In this document: positions 1-15,741 of the stretch, piece after piece
Layout: every line of letters starts with the position of its first letter
Numbering within the stretch: the stretch's first letter is position 1
Assembly: GCA_951406725.2 (NCBI GenBank)
Contig: OX597825.1
Coordinates: 32,240,001 to 32,304,000, forward strand
Length of the DNA stretch: 64,000 nt
From: Octopus vulgaris
Taxonomy: Eukaryota
Direction of reading: 5' to 3'
Made by a program: the position numbers and the translations under genes
The notes under the pieces: model-generated
Told to the model about the DNA's origin: nothing
What the model saw: only the letters and a program-made list of their open reading frames with translations
Databases searched by the model: none

Positions 1-363
1 TTTTAAATTTTGATTGTGAAGGAATATATTTTATGGTTGTGCTTCTTTCTAACAAATTTTTTTCCACCTTCTACATTCAAAGCCTTTCCAGTTTGTGGTC
101 CTTTTGTATCTCTTATTCATACATCATTTACTTTAGTTATGTCATACAGCTCTCACTTTAAATGACTGGTCATCTTTTTTGTTGGGTCAAGTTGGTGTTG
201 ACCTTCTTTCTCTTACACATCCCTCTCATTCACCAACCTTGCAGGGCAGCATTTCCGCACTTCTATTTTTCTGTCCATGTCAGTGAAGGATATTCATTAC
301 ATTTACACTCCTCACCACCAATAACTGACTCATTCATTTTTATATGTCTTCTATTATAACCCT

Positions 364-681
364 GTGGTGGCGCAATGGCCCAGTGGTTTGGGCAGTGGAC
401 ACGCGGTTGGAGGATCACGGTTTTGATACGCAGACCAGGCATTGTGTGTGTTTATTGAGCGAAAACACCTAAAAGCTCCACGAGGCTCTGGCAGGGGATG
501 GTGGCGACCCCTGTTGTATTCTTTCGCCCCAACTTTCTCTCTCACTCTTTTCCTGTTTCTTGAGTAACGCTGCGATGGACTGGCATCCCATCCAGCTGAT
601 GGGAACACATACGCCTCAGAAACCGGGAAACTGGAACCATGAGCCTGGCTAGGCTTGAAAAAGGGGCATAAATAAATAATA
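364..681 (+). mobile_element. tRNA-derived SINE, family A (full length)
   Basis: A box tggcccagtggtt, degenerate B box, (TAA)-rich tail and 11-bp TSD attataaccct (353-363 / 682-692). Near-identical to 21097-21402. Inserted into a family B SINE. Confidence 0.85.
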
Positions 682-692
682 ATTATAACCCT

Positions 693-1026
693 AGGCTGAC
701 CAAAGCCTTGTGAGTGGATTTGGTTGACAAAAACTAAAAACAAGCCTGTTACACACACACACATACACACACGTGTGTGTGTGTATGTGTGCCTCCTTTC
801 TTCAGCATCACATGATAATTGCAAACAAATGTCAATATCTAATAAGTAGTGTCATTTGTTTCCAATCTTATGTGAAAGAAATTTTTGACCATGGGGAAAT
901 GTTACCTTTCTTGGAAAGAATTGACTAGCTACAGGAAGGACATCCAGCTGTAGAAAATTTGCCTCACGGAAATTTGTCTGACCCATGTAAGCATTGAAAA
1001 GCAGACATTAAAATGATGATGATGAT
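693..1026 (+). mobile_element. Family B SINE body with RTE-type tail ending in (GAT)n
   Basis: ccaaagccttgtgagtggatttgg core followed by aggaaggacatccagctgtagaaa...aaaatgatgatgat. Same architecture as 8550-9030. Confidence 0.7.
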
Positions 1027-1768
1027 ACGACCAGCTGCTCCAGCCTGGCCACCCAACTACTATGTATAGAATTAACATGGTAAGTGTTAACCATGCATTC
1101 ACAATTATTGATTTTACTGTTATGTTTTAAGCATCACTTTGTTTTTATACAGTTGTTATGTCCTTCCTTTCACAAACCACTTTATAGCATAGTACAAGTG
1201 CATTTGATCATCCCACCTTCATTAAAAATATTGTCTGGTAGGGGCTGATGTATCTCCTCAACACTGAATCAATTTTTTTTCTGTGTGCTTCCCTCTTTGC
1301 CAGGTTTTCTTCACTGTAGCTTTCTGAGGCAACATTTCTCCTGTGAAGAATTTTATTCAGAGTTCCTGCTGTCTTAGGCAGGTTGCCTTCTTCCCTGTTT
1401 CTCAGTGACTTGCAAACATCCCATCAGCCCTCTATGACGACACGGTAATATATTTAATTACTTGTAACTGTTGCAGTTTACTCCATATTTTTTTGTGAGG
1501 TAATTGGGGCGAGGCTATCTCTATGGTAGAAGTGGGGAAAGGATTGACTGGTAGATTCCATGGCACAGGGTAGGGCGGTTAGCTTGGAAGCTGAGCAAAG
1601 ACGTTTCATCATTGCTGTAATAGTCTGAGTAATGATGAGTAAGTGTTGTCAGGACTATGGATGGAGGCAAGAGAATGTGAATGGTTGGGGGTGATGAGTT
1701 GTATTTGCATTTCATCTCCACATAGGGAGAATATCAATATATATATATGTATACATATAATATATATA

Positions 1769-1822
<54 letters not shown>

Positions 1823-1953
1823 TACAATCTATGGCAGTCAGGAGAAGCCCTTAATAATGATGAAGTGGCAGAGATAATGATTATTCACTTCCTTGAAGTT
1901 TCCTTGTGGTTCCCATGTGGGTTTTCTTTGAGGAGAGAATGATAATAACTCAC

Positions 1954-2046
1954 CATGTGTGGGCATCACCATTGTTGATATGACGGATCACCTGCCTAAA
2001 TGAATTTTCACTTGATGACATCCCCAGTGAGAGGAACACACCTAGA
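1954..2046 (-). CDS. Candidate host-gene 93-nt coding exon (LGVFLSLGMSSSENSFRQVIRHINNGDAHT)
   Basis: Long pyrimidine tract plus ctag| acceptor and consensus donor ATG|GTGAGT. Phase 2-2 with one open frame. Internal ATG at 2021 could be the true start. Protein family not recognised. Confidence 0.6.
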
Positions 2047-2123
2047 CTAGCAGAGATGGGAGAGGGGGAAATGAGAGAAAGAGAGAGAGAGTGTGTGTAT
2101 ACATACATACATACATACATACA

Positions 2124-2159
<36 letters not shown>

Positions 2160-2301
2160 CTTTGGATATATTTGTCAATATATATATGTGTGTGTGTGTG
2201 TGTACATGTGCATGTATGTATGGTTGTATGTGTGTGTATATATATATAATATATATGTGTATGTGTGTGTGTGTGTGTGTACATGTGCATGTATGTATGG
2301 T

Positions 2302-2349
<48 letters not shown>

Positions 2350-2835
2350 GTGTGTGTGTGTATGTGGAGGCAATCATTAGAGTGTTGAATACAATACCTT
2401 TCAGTATTTGTTCCTGTTCTCTGTACTCCATGTTCAAATCCTATCAAGGGCAACTTAGTCTTTTCATCCTACCAGGGTCTGATCTTATGGCTAGAAGATG
2501 GTAGGGCTTCACTCCTTTGCTTGCAATATATATGGTACAAATTGTATTGACTAACTAGCTGAAGGAGGTATCTTCCTGGGGTTAAAAATTGCAGTAACAT
2601 GGGTTCCTACAGAACAGCCATGTTTAAGTGGTGATAAACATTACTTATATATATATATATATAGCAGTTCGGCAAAAAGAGACCGATAGAATAAGTACTG
2701 GGCTTACAAAAGAATAAGTCCCGGGGTCGATTTGCTCGACTAAAGGCGGTGCTCCAGCATGGCCGCAGTCAAATGACTGAAACAAATAAAAGAGTAATAA
2801 AAGAGTAATATATATATATATATATATATATATAT

Positions 2836-2986
2836 CATCATCATCGTCGTTTAACGTCCGTTCTCCATGCTAGCATGGGTTGGACGGTTCGACCGGGTTT
2901 CTGGGAAGCCAGAAGGCTGCACCAGGCTCCAGTCTAATCTGGCAATGTTTCTACAGCTGGATGCCCTTCCTAACGCCAACCACTCC
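2836..2986 (-). mobile_element. RTE-clade LINE 3' end
   Basis: Reverse complement reads ttggcgttaggaagggcatccagctgtagaaac...ggacgttaaacgacgatgatgatg, a short-repeat tail typical of RTE 3' ends and shared with the SINE B tail. Confidence 0.65.
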
Positions 2987-3239
2987 GGGGTTGGGGGGTG
3001 AAAATGTAGGTATACAGTAGGTGTCACCTCAATGTTATAATATTTAATTCATTAAAATTATTAGCACCTTAAATTAGTTAGCCTCATTTTTGATATTTTC
3101 TGTCATTAATCATAATAATACATTTATCATTGCTATGATATTACTTTTATTGTAACTTTTAATATTTTTGATTAAAATAAATGAGTGCTGTATGGGTTTT
3201 TTTTTCATAATTGTATACCTACTTTTGTACCATCCTCTG
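2987..3239. mobile_element. Small Tc1/mariner-type MITE
   Basis: Imperfect inverted ends (aaaatgtaggtatacagt / attgtatacctacttttg) around an AT-rich core. Confidence 0.5.
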
Positions 3240-3267
3240 TGTGTGTGTGTGTGTATATATATGTTTG

Positions 3268-3330
<63 letters not shown>

Positions 3331-3360
3331 GTATATATATATATCATCATCATCATCATC

Positions 3361-3391
<31 letters not shown>

Positions 3392-3393
<2 letters not shown>

Positions 3394-3790
3394 CACAGGA
3401 GTGGCTGTGTGATGTGGTAACTAGCTTGTTTACGAACCACATGGTTCCAGGTTCAATCCCACTGCGTAGCACCTTGGGCAAGTGTCTTGTACTATAGCCT
3501 CAGGTCCACCAAAGCCTTGTGAGTGGATTTGGTAGACGGAAACTGAAAGAAGCCTGTCGTATATATATATCTATATCTATCTATCTATCTATATATATAT
3601 GTATGTATGTATATATGTATGTATTTGTATGTCTGTGTTTGTCCTCTCACCATCACTTGACAATCGATGCTGGCGTGTTTACGTCCTGTAACTTAGTGGT
3701 TTGGCAAAAGAAACCGATAGAATAAGTGCTAAAAGTGGTGCTCCAGTATGACCACAGTCAAATGACTGAAACAAATAAAAGAATAAAAGA
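3392..3790 (+). mobile_element. tRNA-derived SINE, family B (internal microsatellite, standard tail)
   Basis: Head ggcacaggagtggctgtgtg...ggttcaatccc, core ccttgggcaagtgtctt and tail gactgaaacaaataaaagaataaaaga. Many copies in the window (6345-6645 -, 12725-13372 -, 14002-14165 +, 14500-14642 -, 15303-15630 +, 25207-25375 +, 33420-33780 +, 49180-49465 +). Confidence 0.85.
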
Positions 3791-4314
3791 ATTTATATAT
3801 AGATACACACACACATGCATATATCCCCCCCACACACATTCGCACACAACTAAAACTCTGTGTATGTGTGTGTGTGTATATATATATATGTACATACACA
3901 CACTTTTGTTATTAGTTGTTGCTTAGTTAACCTGTTTGGGCTGTGCTGGTGATGGTGGTGGTGGTGGATCTGTTTTTTTCCCACTTCCGTTGAGTGTATG
4001 GGTGAGTTTGTCTTCTCTTTCTGGTATGTGCATTCTTTCAGTGGACTCTTTGAGTATCAGATCACATGAATATGCCGAAAGGATTATAATTTTGACATTT
4101 CCTCAGTTCTCATGTTTATCTATTGCATGTTGGTTGACTATAGATGTTGGCCTATTTCAGTTGTACACATCCCAATACACTTTGAGTCATTCACATATGG
4201 CCCCTTAAGGGCCATTTCTCCTATATACACTGTGGCAATGTCCCTCTGTTTCACTCTTTGCTCTTCAAGCAGCATGCTACATCCCCAGTTTTGCATTTTA
4301 CTTTGAAACTCTCA

Positions 4315-4690
4315 AACAGTTGAAGGAATCTGGGGTAGAGGTAGACTCAGGAAGACATGGGATGAGGTGGTTGAGTATGACCTTCGAAAGTTGGGCCTCA
4401 TAGAGGCAATGATGAAAGACCGAGACCTCTGGAGATATGCTGTGACTATGAAGACCCGACAAATAAAGTGAGTTCATGGCTGTATCTTACACCTGATTCA
4501 CACAACCAGCCCCAGCCCATTCAAAGTACCTTGGATCGCAGGACGGTCTGCGGTGCTTACCTTGGATCGTGGTGCGACCTGCTGTGCTTGAGGAAACCTA
4601 TTGAGTCAAGTACATCAACATCAAAATAAAAATCAAATGGAATAGCAGTTGTGATACCTGTGCCGGTGGCATGTAAAAAGCACCATCCGA
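4315..4690 (+). mobile_element. RTE-clade LINE ORF C-terminus and part of the 3' UTR
   Basis: Translates VEGIWGRGRLRKTWDEVVEYDLRKLGLIEAMMKDRDLWRYAV, matching the RGRPRKTW...DRxxWR end of RTE ORFs. Confidence 0.8.
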
Positions 4691-5019
4691 ACACACACAC
4701 CCACACACACACGTACACACATATAAGTGGTAAAATAAATATCAGGAGCTTCTCAGATGTTTTGCAAACCCTTATAAGTCCAGTGCAATGCTGGAAACCC
4801 TTCTATATCATATGCATGCGTGTCTGTGTGTTTGTTTCTCTTAGCTCCCCCTCTCATGGGTATTGGTTTCTTTACTTCCATATAACTTAGCACTTCTACA
4901 AAACAGAATGACTGAAAAACAGAAAAAGCACTCAGGTTGGTTCATTTGACTAAAACCTTTTCAAAGTGTTGCTCCTGTATGGCTGCAGTCCAGTGACTAA
5001 AGCAAGTAAACGATAAAAG

Positions 5020-5051
<32 letters not shown>

Positions 5052-5575
5052 TCTCCTCTCATTGCTTAGCAACCAGTGCCAGTTTGCTTACATCTCTGAA
5101 ACTTAGCAGTTTGGTAAAACAGATTGCTAGAATAAGAAGCAGACCTAAAGAATAAGTACTGACTGAGGTCAGTTTGTTATGCTAAACACTTCAAGGAGTT
5201 GCTCCAGCATGGCTGCAGTTCAATGACCGAAGCAAGTAAAAGATAAAAAATAAACACTGACATAAAAATGAAACAAAAAAAAAACAGAAAAAAATGATGC
5301 AGATTTTAAGATATTCTTGTAGTGTATTTTGGAAAATGTGAGAAGAGGAATTTGTGGAAATCACCCTCAATGAAAACCTTATTGTTGACAAGATGGCAGC
5401 TGGTCTAATCCAATAAATGTCAAGAATTGAAGATGATCATAGGAGATGAAGTAATGGATCATTTAAAAGCAACGGAAATAGAACTCAAAAACAAACAAAA
5501 TGCTTGCAATGTACAGGGGAATATAAAATAGATTATGAAATTATCTATTATAAATTTATATTCATGCAGTGTGTG

Positions 5576-5610
<35 letters not shown>

Positions 5611-5906
5611 GTCTGTGTGCACGAGAGAGAGAGAGAGAGATAGAGTGTGTGTGTGTATGTGTGTGTGTGTGCATATGTGTTTGTGTGTGTGTGTGTGTGA
5701 GTGCCAGCCTCCTCACAACAAAGGTAAAATTTGAAAGAAATGAAAGGGAGGAAACCTATTATAAGGAGTACATACACATACACAAACACACATACATGTT
5801 TTGAAAGCAAAAATTTTGTCATGAAACTTTAAAACCTGAACTCAGTATATACATGTGTGTATATTCATGTAGCGAAGAGCACATAAAACAATACATATGT
5901 ATATAT

Positions 5907-5996
<90 letters not shown>

Positions 5997-6004
5997 TTAT
6001 ATAT

Positions 6005-6300
6005 GTGGAGGCACAATGGCCTAGTGGTTAGGGCAGCAGACTCGCGGTCGCAGGATTGCGGTTTCGATTCCCAGACCAGGCGTTGTGAGTGTTTATTGAG
6101 CGTAAACACCTAAAAGTTCCACGAGGCTCTGGCAGGATGTGGTGATCCCTGCTGTACTCTTTCACCACTTTTTCTTCTGTTGGCCTGCTCACTTAGCCAG
6201 CGGGGTGGCGTCATTCGAAGGCTAAAACAATGCGAACGCATTGTGACCAGCGATGTGTAACAACATCTGATGGTCTGGTTGGTCACGTGATCACGTGATT
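6005..6300 (+). mobile_element. Family A SINE head with an alternative 3' half
   Basis: Matches 364 and 21097 up to ctgtactctttc, then unrelated sequence ending gtcacgtgatcacgtga. Confidence 0.75.
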
Positions 6301-6767
6301 TATATATACAAGCAGAGCTGATAGGGATTAAAATGGCATAGTTTTTTCATTGTTTTACTTGCTTCAGTCATGTGATTGCGGCTATGTTGGAGCAACGCTG
6401 TTGGTCAAATAAATCGCCCACAGTATTTAGTCTTTGTAAGCCTAGTTCTTATTCTATCTGTGTCTTTTGCTGAACCACTAAGTTATGGGAATGTAAACAC
6501 AGCAACATTGGTTGTCAAGCAATGGTGGTGATACAAACACAGACACACACACACAAACACACAAATATACACATATATATGATAGTTTTCTTTTAGTTTC
6601 TGTGTATAAAATCCACTCACAAGGCTTTGGTTGGCCTGAGGCTATAATGTATATGTATCCATTTATATATATATATATATATACACACATGCACACACAT
6701 CTATATCAATATATATGTATATATTTCCATAAATATATATATATATATACCCACACACATATATACA

Positions 6768-6798
<31 letters not shown>

Positions 6799-7874
6799 AT
6801 ATATAAAATCAAAATATGCAACAGGATTTGGTTACGATATTATTTTTGATAATCTTAAATTTTATCTTTATACAACATAAGAATATTGTCTATAAACAAT
6901 CACCCATAGTACTCTATGATAAAATTTCATTTGTCTTAACATCATAGGCTTTATTAGCGTCTTGCCCCTTTAGCTGGTAATTAACATCTTGATTTGGGGT
7001 CTTCCCTTACCCAGCCTTCTTTATAGACAGTTACTTTATAATACTCCTAAAATTTTGACAGTATCTATGACTATACCTAGCTATATAGTGATGGTATTGT
7101 TTCACTTTTGTCATGTAATACCAAAACAGTGTAAGAGATAAGCGATTGCTCTGGGCTTGCATTAGGCAAGAAGCTGAAAATTTTTTTGGCCCATGACACT
7201 CCATAGACCCTGAGTAAGGCATGTGTAAAATTTTGATGAAATCAGTTTGGTAGTTCTCCAGATTTAGTGATGCACACATACAGACAGATACACACACACA
7301 TTCTCAGTTTTATATCATTAATATATATATCTGAAATAAATATAAATATTTTTCTCTCCTTTTTTTTCTCTCCTTTTTTTCTCTCCTTGTTTCTCGCCTT
7401 GTTTTCTGTGTCCCTTTCTGTAGAAGAGCGTAGGCTCGAAACGGAAAAGACTTTTTCTATTCTTGAGCTTTATACTAATACATCTGTTTGTTTTGTACAC
7501 CACCTGTCTTCGTCTTTTGTTTTTTTTTCCGTGAACTCTCCCTATATATATATCTGAATATGTGTTATGTATGTCAGCCTGCCTATGATCCTATAACTCT
7601 TCATGGATGCACAGGAATTGTGTCTGGATCAGGGTCCGGCCAATAGAGAAGCAGACCCTTTCTTCTCATAAGTGGATGATGCAAAGTCAACAGTAAGGAT
7701 ATCTGTTCAGATGCCCAATGCCTGGAAGAGTCCCTACAAGGAGAATTGATGGCTCTTATTACCAAGGTGATTGAATCAGCTGTGGGTGGGGTTGGTTGTT
7801 TCCAATCATAGTGGTGAGAGGGAAAGTGGAAAAGGTAGAAAATGTTGAAGGAGTTGTTGTTTCCGCTGTAAACT

Positions 7875-8095
7875 AAGGGTTTCTCACAAAGAGGAAAGGG
7901 TAATATGTATGATGCTCATGTATGAAGTGGAATGTTGTATGATAGTGAAAAATGGGCTTTGAATGTAGAAGATCAGTGAAAGCTAGAAAGAAATGAAGCA
8001 GACATGTTCCCCTGGATGGGTTATGCTTGTGTGTCTGAATAAAAGCACAAAAAAGTTAAGAGTAAAAATGGATAACAGAGGAATTAAATGTATAA
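7875..8095 (+). mobile_element. Degenerate RTE LINE fragment
   Basis: Reads KG..YDA.V.SGMLYDSEKWALNVED..KLERNEADM..WM with stops. A homologous minus-strand piece lies at 13420-13740. Confidence 0.65.
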
Positions 8096-8104
8096 TACTT
8101 AAGT

Positions 8105-8308
8105 GTTGGCAGAAACGTTAGCATGCCAGATGAAATGCTTAGTGGTATTTCATCTGTCTTTACATTCTGAGTTAAAATTTCACCGAGGTCGACTTTGCCT
8201 TTCGTTCTTTTGGGATCAATAAATTATGTACCAGTTGCATACTGGGGTCGATCTAATCAACTGGTCCCCTCCCCCCAAATTTCAGGCCTTGTGCCTAGAG
8301 TAGAAAAT
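8105..8308 (+). mobile_element. SINE family C (CpG-decayed copy, tail type ii)
   Basis: Core gaggtcgactttgcctttc.ttcttttggg.tc.ataaatta.gtaccagtt. Same subfamily as 43044-43230. Confidence 0.8.
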
Positions 8309-8704
8309 GATTGCTCATTGGACAGAGCAGGTTATTGCTGCTTTCTATGTGACCTAATTAGAGGGTGGTGGAGTGTGTGTGACCCAATTAGTCATGGAGT
8401 AGATGTAGTGAACGTAGGCAAGCTAATAAGTACTGGGGTGGTTATTTTCAAAATAAGTGACCTAATTAATTAGGAAGTTGTTATTAAGTGGGTGATCTAA
8501 TTAGTGATGGGGTGGTGGTAATGTAGGTAATTTAGTTAATTATGGGTGGTGGAGGCGTGGATATGTGTTAAGAAGTTTGCTTCCTAATGAGTTCTGGGTT
8601 CAGTCTCACTGCATGGTACCTTTGGCAAGTGTCTTCTTCTACAGCCCCAGATCAACCAAAGCCTTGCGAGTGGATTTGGCAGAAGAAAACTGAAAGAAGC
8701 CCAT

Positions 8705-8749
<45 letters not shown>

Positions 8750-9296
8750 GTAAACGTCTGTGTGTTTGTGTGTTTTACTATCTCCTTGTCTTGAAATTGC
8801 ACGATACTTGTAAAAGACTGTCTCTGTCATGTGAGCAGTACCCTTCATTCCCAGTGTTCCATGTAAACACACGTAGTAATGGGAGAAATATTACCTTACC
8901 TGGAAACTTGTAGGTAGGTGTTGGTAACAAGAAGAGTATTCTACTGCAGCAAAATCCAGCTTAACAGAACTCCATCCAAGCCTGCAAGCATAGAAGTATG
9001 AATGTCAAAATGATGATGATGATGATGATGGTGATGGTGATTGTAGTGAAAACAGGTGACCTAATTAATCATGAAGGTGGCAGTGATATGAAAGTAGGTG
9101 ACCTAAATAATCATAGATTTGATGCGACTGTGTGACATGTTGGGTACGTGACACACTGTGCCACACTGAGTCTGTTTGAGGATTATGGCAAAGGCTTGTG
9201 TGTGTGTGTGGAATATTTAATTATAAAGCAATTTAATGAATAGGTTGGTCAGTTAATTAAACAACTGGACGCTCATACGTTGGTCTTGACAAGTGA

Positions 9297-12180
<2,884 letters not shown>

Positions 12181-12842
12181 GTGGTAGTAGCTTTATCCTC
12201 ATTGTAGTTGATAGTATTGTTACTGTTGTTTTATTCATTTCATTTTCTCTGCCACTGTTGGGAAATGGCAATGTCTGCCAGCGTTTGCTCCAATGTGTGT
12301 GTATGTGTACACACACACACACATACACACACACGCACGCACACACACATATGTGCACGCGCACGCATATATCTTGACAATTTTCTTTTGGTCCAATTCA
12401 AAGCTTTCATTTGGCTTAAAATATTCATTTGTTCAGTTGGTATTTTATTCTTGTCTTTGATATTCCCGACCATTTTTATGCCTGCAACAGTGTTTAGTCA
12501 TATATCTTATATGTTATGAGTTCAAATCCTGCCGAGGTTAACTTTGCCTTTCATAACTCCAGGCTTGATCAAACAAAGTATGTGTTGTGATGTTTGTATG
12601 TTGCATTGGCGGCATAATTCTTGTATCATGTCTTTTGGTATATTTCATGGGGATTTCAATTCCTTGATAGTTCTATTTCTAATTCTTTAAATTTGTGCAT
12701 ATGTAAGTTCAATGTTTCATCTTTTATCTTTTACTTGTTTCATTCTTTGGACTGTGGCCATGCTAGAGCATCACCTCGAAGAGTCTGGTTCAAACAAATC
12801 AATCTCTGTACTTATTTTTTTTAAAAGTCTGGTACTTATTCT

Positions 12843-13074
12843 TATTTCTTTACTGCCCACAATGGGCTACACACAGAGGGGGACAAACAAGGACAGACAA
12901 AGGGATTAAGTCGATTATATCGACCCCAGTGCATAACTGGTACTTATTTAATTGACCCCGAAAGGATGAAAGGCAAAGTCGACCTTGGCAGAATTTGAAC
13001 TCAGAACGTAGCGGTAGACGAAATACCGCTAACCATTTCATCCACCGTGCTAATGTTTCTGCCAGCTCACTGCC
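12843..13074 (-). mobile_element. SINE family C nested in a family B SINE
   Basis: 14-bp TSD ctggtacttattct on both sides. The flanks rejoin as the family B tail. Confidence 0.85.
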
Positions 13075-14163
13075 TGGTACTTATTCTGTATAAGTATGGT
13101 ACTTATTCTGTTAATCTCTTTTTGTTGAACTACTAAGTTATGGTAATATTAACAAACCAACATTGGTTTTCAAGCAGTGGTGAGGGGAAATGCAAGGACA
13201 CACACATACACATGTATACATTTGTTGGGCTTCTTTCAGTTTCTGTCTGTCAAGTATACGCACTAGGTTTTGGTCACCCTGAGTCCATAGTACCCAGTGT
13301 GCTGTTCAGTGGAACTGAACCCAAGACTACATGCTTGGGAAGCAACTTTCTTACCACATAGTCATGCCTGCACCTATTAATGTATGTATATTGGTTCTTC
13401 TTTAAGTAATTGTCTTCATCTATCTACATCACATGACCAAACCAACATAATCTCCTCCTTTGGACACAGCATATAATTCCTCTTATGCTCAGCTTCTCTC
13501 TCGATACACCAGTGCTCTGTCACCCATGCACACTAACATGACACATCCAGTGGAGCATACCTGCTTTGTTCCTTTCCAACCATTGCATGTCCTCTGCATT
13601 CAGGACCCATGTCTCACTACCATGTAGCATTGCAGTTGATACACATACATCATACAATCTTCCCTTCACTTGCAGAGAGAGGTCTTTGGTTGTCAACAGA
13701 AGTAAAAGTTCTCTGAACTTTCTCCATCATGTTCTCTGATTGTTTATTTTTAGAATGAAATTGTCAGTTAGGTATGAGAGACCAGATCTGGCTGGTTTGA
13801 ACATAAAAGAGATAGAATATTTGGGCTGAATATGGTTGGTTTAAATGCTCAAAGATAAAGTCTGCTACCTATGTATTAATATATTTCACTCTATAAGCAT
13901 AAATATATATCCAATGTAAGTAATATTCATTTATTCTTAATAAAAAAATAACCATTCTTGAGAAATTTTATATAGTGATAGCACATCTTCTTTCATAATG
14001 GTAGGCACAGGTGTGGATGTATGGTAAGAAGCTTGCTTTCCAACCACATGGTTCCAGGTTCAGTCTCACTGCATGGTTCATTGGGCAAGTGCTTTCTACT
14101 ATAGCCTCAGACTGATCAAATCCTTGTGAGTAGATTTGGTAGACAGAAACTAAAAGAAGCCTG

Positions 14164-14240
<77 letters not shown>

Positions 14241-14686
14241 CAGTGGTGGTGCCCCAGCATGGCCGCGGCCTTCGGGCTAAAACATTTTTAAGGATTTAAG
14301 AGTAAAAAAAAGACAAGAAAAAAACAACAAAGTGAGCACGTTTACATGAAAAGTATTAATAAGACACTCTGAGAAGGAAAGAAAGGGGTATTATATGTTT
14401 CAAGCAAAGCTCTTCTTCAAAAACAGGAGACAGAGGAAAGTCCAAGAGAAAAGGAAGATGGACGAAAAAAATTGTCAACAGTCCACGTGGTTACATAATC
14501 AGTTTCCATCTACCAAATCGACTCACAAGGCTTTGGTTGGCCCAAGGCTATAGTAGAAGACACTTACCCAAGGTGTCATGCAGTGGGACTGAACCCGGAA
14601 CCATGTGGTTGGTAAGCAAGCTACTTACCACACAGCCACTCCTTATGATATTGTTGATGTGTAATTACTACTGGAGATGGTTGCAA

Positions 14687-14768
14687 TTAAAAAAAGAATT
14701 GTTTGGATTGGGAGATAGGTGAAATCAATGAAGCTGCTGCATCTGTTGGTGATGAAAGACTTTGCCTC
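14687..14768 (-). CDS. Candidate alternative terminal exon of the host gene (RQSLSSPTDAAASLISPISQSKQFFF*)
   Basis: Strong acceptor ttttattttttcctgtacag|. Phase-2 reading is open to TAA at 14687. No good donor follows. Confidence 0.3.
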
Positions 14769-15741
14769 CTGTACAGGAAAAAATAAAACCAACAACAAAA
14801 CAAATGAAAATCTATCAAAAACATATATAAAAGTGTGATGCTACAAGAATGTGACAGAACATGGACATTGAATGCAAATCTGTGGAAGATGGAAACTAAT
14901 TCATGCAAGCATGCATGATCTGTAAGATATCTGTCATTAACTTAGAAAACAGAGAGAGGGAGAGTGAGCATAATTCAACTAAAGCTGCATTAGACAATAT
15001 ACACACACTAGTCAGCATAGTAGGATGTTTATGTGATTTGAATAGATAATGAGTGTAAGGTGAAAAATGTAGCATTTGTTGATACTAAAATATAGTAACA
15101 GAAGGGGAAAACTGGGGAAGACATACTAGGGAGACTGAGGTCAGCTCTTATGAGTTTTACAGACGAAGGAACAGTTGACCTCTGAGAGTTGTCGACCTTT
15201 ACAACCAACGCTAGCATTGGTGAATATGTGTGTATGTGCATGTGTGTGTATGCATATGTGTGTGTGTGTGTGTGTATGTGTGTGTGTGTGTGTGTGTGTA
15301 AATAGGTGAAGGCATAGCTTTGGGGTTAAGAAGTTTGCTTCTCAACGATGTGGCCTTGGGCTTAGTTTTGCTGCATCGTCTTGCGCAAGTGCCTTCTATT
15401 ACAGCCCTTGGTCAGCTAAAGCTTTGTCAGTGGATTTGGTAGATGGAAACTGAAAGAAGCCCATCATGTGTGTGTTTGTGGTGTGCGTGTGTATGTCTTT
15501 GTGTTTGTCCTCCCACCACCAATTGACAGCTTTGTTTTGTTTTTGTGTCCATTGCCACAACATTAGGAAGTTGAGCAAAAAGGGTAGATTGAATAAGTAC
15601 CAGACTTTTAAAAAAAGCAAGTTCTGGGGTTGTTGATTATGGCAAGTTAAGAAACTGGCTCAATTGTCTGATATATTAACTGGAAAGTGGATCTAGATGT
15701 AAAACAGTAGTTCCCAATTTTGTAAATATCCAAATCTGTCT

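Noticed and set aside
364-440. tRNA gene-like A/B boxes here and at other SINE heads
   Set aside because: They are heads of multi-copy SINEs with TSDs, and no complete cloverleaf is evident.
8340-8545. Repeat-spacer-like pattern suggestive of a CRISPR array
   Set aside because: Eukaryotic context, degenerate repeats, spacers related to each other and no cas genes. Better explained as a minisatellite.
12365-12481. Minus-strand acceptor (ctgttgcag|) followed by MVGNIKDKNK...
   Set aside because: No GT donor follows and the phase does not fit the exon chain.
15127-15210. 84-nt minus-strand exon candidate (ctag| ... |GTATGT)
   Set aside because: Weak acceptor without a pyrimidine tract. Open only in phase 1, with a stop in the phase used by neighbouring exons. 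Cannot be excluded as a UTR or poison exon.
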